A stretch of 63,978 bases of DNA, filler included, from Octopus bimaculoides (lineage: Eukaryota), in NCBI RefSeq assembly GCF_001194135.2. It is 5 parts of 5 records of this genome, joined end to end, with 100 filler letters (N's around TTAATTAATTAA, not from the genome) between each part and the next. Parts side by side here need not be neighbours in the genome. Positions count along the whole stretch, not along the records: positions 60,346 to 63,978 come from NC_068994.1; 4 more parts are not named here. One strand, 5' to 3'. Both the position numbers and the translations under genes were made by a program. Under the pieces are notes generated by a model. That model had not been told where the DNA came from, did no database searches, and saw only the letters and a list, made by a program, of their open reading frames with translations. This document shows positions 62,680 through 63,978 of this stretch, piece after piece; within the stretch, counting starts at the first letter, position 1; each line of letters starts with the position of its first letter.

Positions 62680-63070
62680 TATCATTATTATTATTATTAT
62701 TATCATCAATGTTGTTGTCGTTATTGTGCTTGTTGGTGTTACTTTTGTTGTTGCTGCTGTTTCTGCTACTGTTTATTAAATTATCAGTTTCTCTAATTAA
62801 AATATGTCCATCTTTTGTATGCTGATGACATCACTGTCATTGTTTGTCGTCAAGGATGATAATGTTAATGTAGCAGTAGCAGTAGTAATAGCAACAGTAG
62901 TTGTTGTTGCTGTTGCTGTTGTTGTTGTTGTCGCGGACGATTTGTTTACAGTTAACAAAAGACGCCTTAAGGTCATCCTTGTTTGTTGTGGTTGTTGTCA
63001 AGTGTTATTGCTGCTGCTGCTGCTGCCCTTGCCACCGCCGCTGCCGCCGCTGCTGCAGCTGTTGTTGTTG
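62618..63070. repeat. Compound trinucleotide region (ATT, TTG, TAG, CTG, CCG); (AAT)n also at ~63803-63878
   Basis: Direct. Confidence 0.95.
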
Positions 63071-63798
63071 TTTAAAAATATTCATTAGTGTAGCTCGGTC
63101 AATCAATTAAATGTTTTATCCATTCAGAACCTAAATTGCTTCAGTTGAATTCGAACTAATATTCTTCATTTCTTTTTTTTTTTTTTTTTCAAAGACGATA
63201 TCGTTACATTTTAGATAAACTTATTAAAAATTCCATTTAAAGACTTTTGAAAATGAAACCAGACACACAACGCCCACCCACCCACACACACACACACGCA
63301 TGCACATTCACATGTACATATATACACAGATACACGGACACACATACATCCACACATCCACAACATACTTTCATGTCCATGTACGTCGAGATATAGACAT
63401 CCAAATTGATACGAAAATTTATCAACCACACATACAAAGTCATATGTGTGTGTGCGTGTGTGCGTGAGACTGTATGTGTGTGTGTGTGACTGTATGTGTG
63501 TGTGTGCGCGCGCGCCTGTCTGTGTGTCTCTGTATGTGCACATATATTCATATATTACAATAGCAATATTTTTCAGCATTTTTTATTGTTTTGTTTACTA
63601 TTGTTTTTTTTTCTTTTATAAATAATTTTCCATTGATGTTGATGATCTTGTGGTTGTTGAAGTTAGGCTCAATGTAGTTGCTATTACTGCAGTTGTTGTT
63701 GTTGTTGCTGCTGCTGCTGCTGTCGTTATCCGTTTTCCTTTTGCCTGTCTTTATTTCCTGTCATAATTGGGAATATTTATGCTCTTGCAAAACATAGG

Positions 63799-63864
<66 letters not shown>

Positions 63865-63978
63865 TCACAATAATAATAAGACGTTGGGGAATGTGCAAGG
63901 ATGGAATATTTATTACATGGTGGAGGGATTTAAATGGAGCAGATGGAATAAGGAAAAACAGTTGATGCGATGTGATGA

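Overview
Eukaryotic, AT-rich, gap-rich scaffold (about 6 kb of N) made almost entirely of microsatellites and transposable-element debris. The tRNA-derived SINE families, RTE and R4/Dong LINEs and (TA/CA/GATA/TAA)n density strongly suggest a coleoid cephalopod, most likely Octopus; this is my inference, not a database result. No complete protein-coding gene, rRNA, tRNA gene or CRISPR array is supported. Most long ORFs in the supplied track come from microsatellites or N-runs. Identifiable from translation and terminal structures are: 6 R4/Dong-clade segments (probably 4-5 insertions), 2 RTE LINEs of different ages, 3 Penelope-like fragments, a LINE ORF1 remnant, mariner/maT/Tigger transposase remnants, TIR-bounded MITEs (pogo/Tigger, mariner, hAT, piggyBac types), a Helentron-type HINE, a 300-bp palindrome and over 25 SINE copies from at least 5 families. 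About 47-59.9 kb looks CpG-depleted and carries consensus splice sites, including a 9-nt microexon, suggesting a methylated host gene body. A separate set of phase-compatible candidate exons lies on the minus strand at 25.8-27.4 kb. I cannot demonstrate a new biological system here. The best leads are a possible TAA-targeted non-autonomous partner of Dong, a PHD-like finger inside the RTE reverse transcriptase, modular SINE shuffling and the hidden host gene(s). All alignments were done by eye, so coordinates of degraded elements are approximate.
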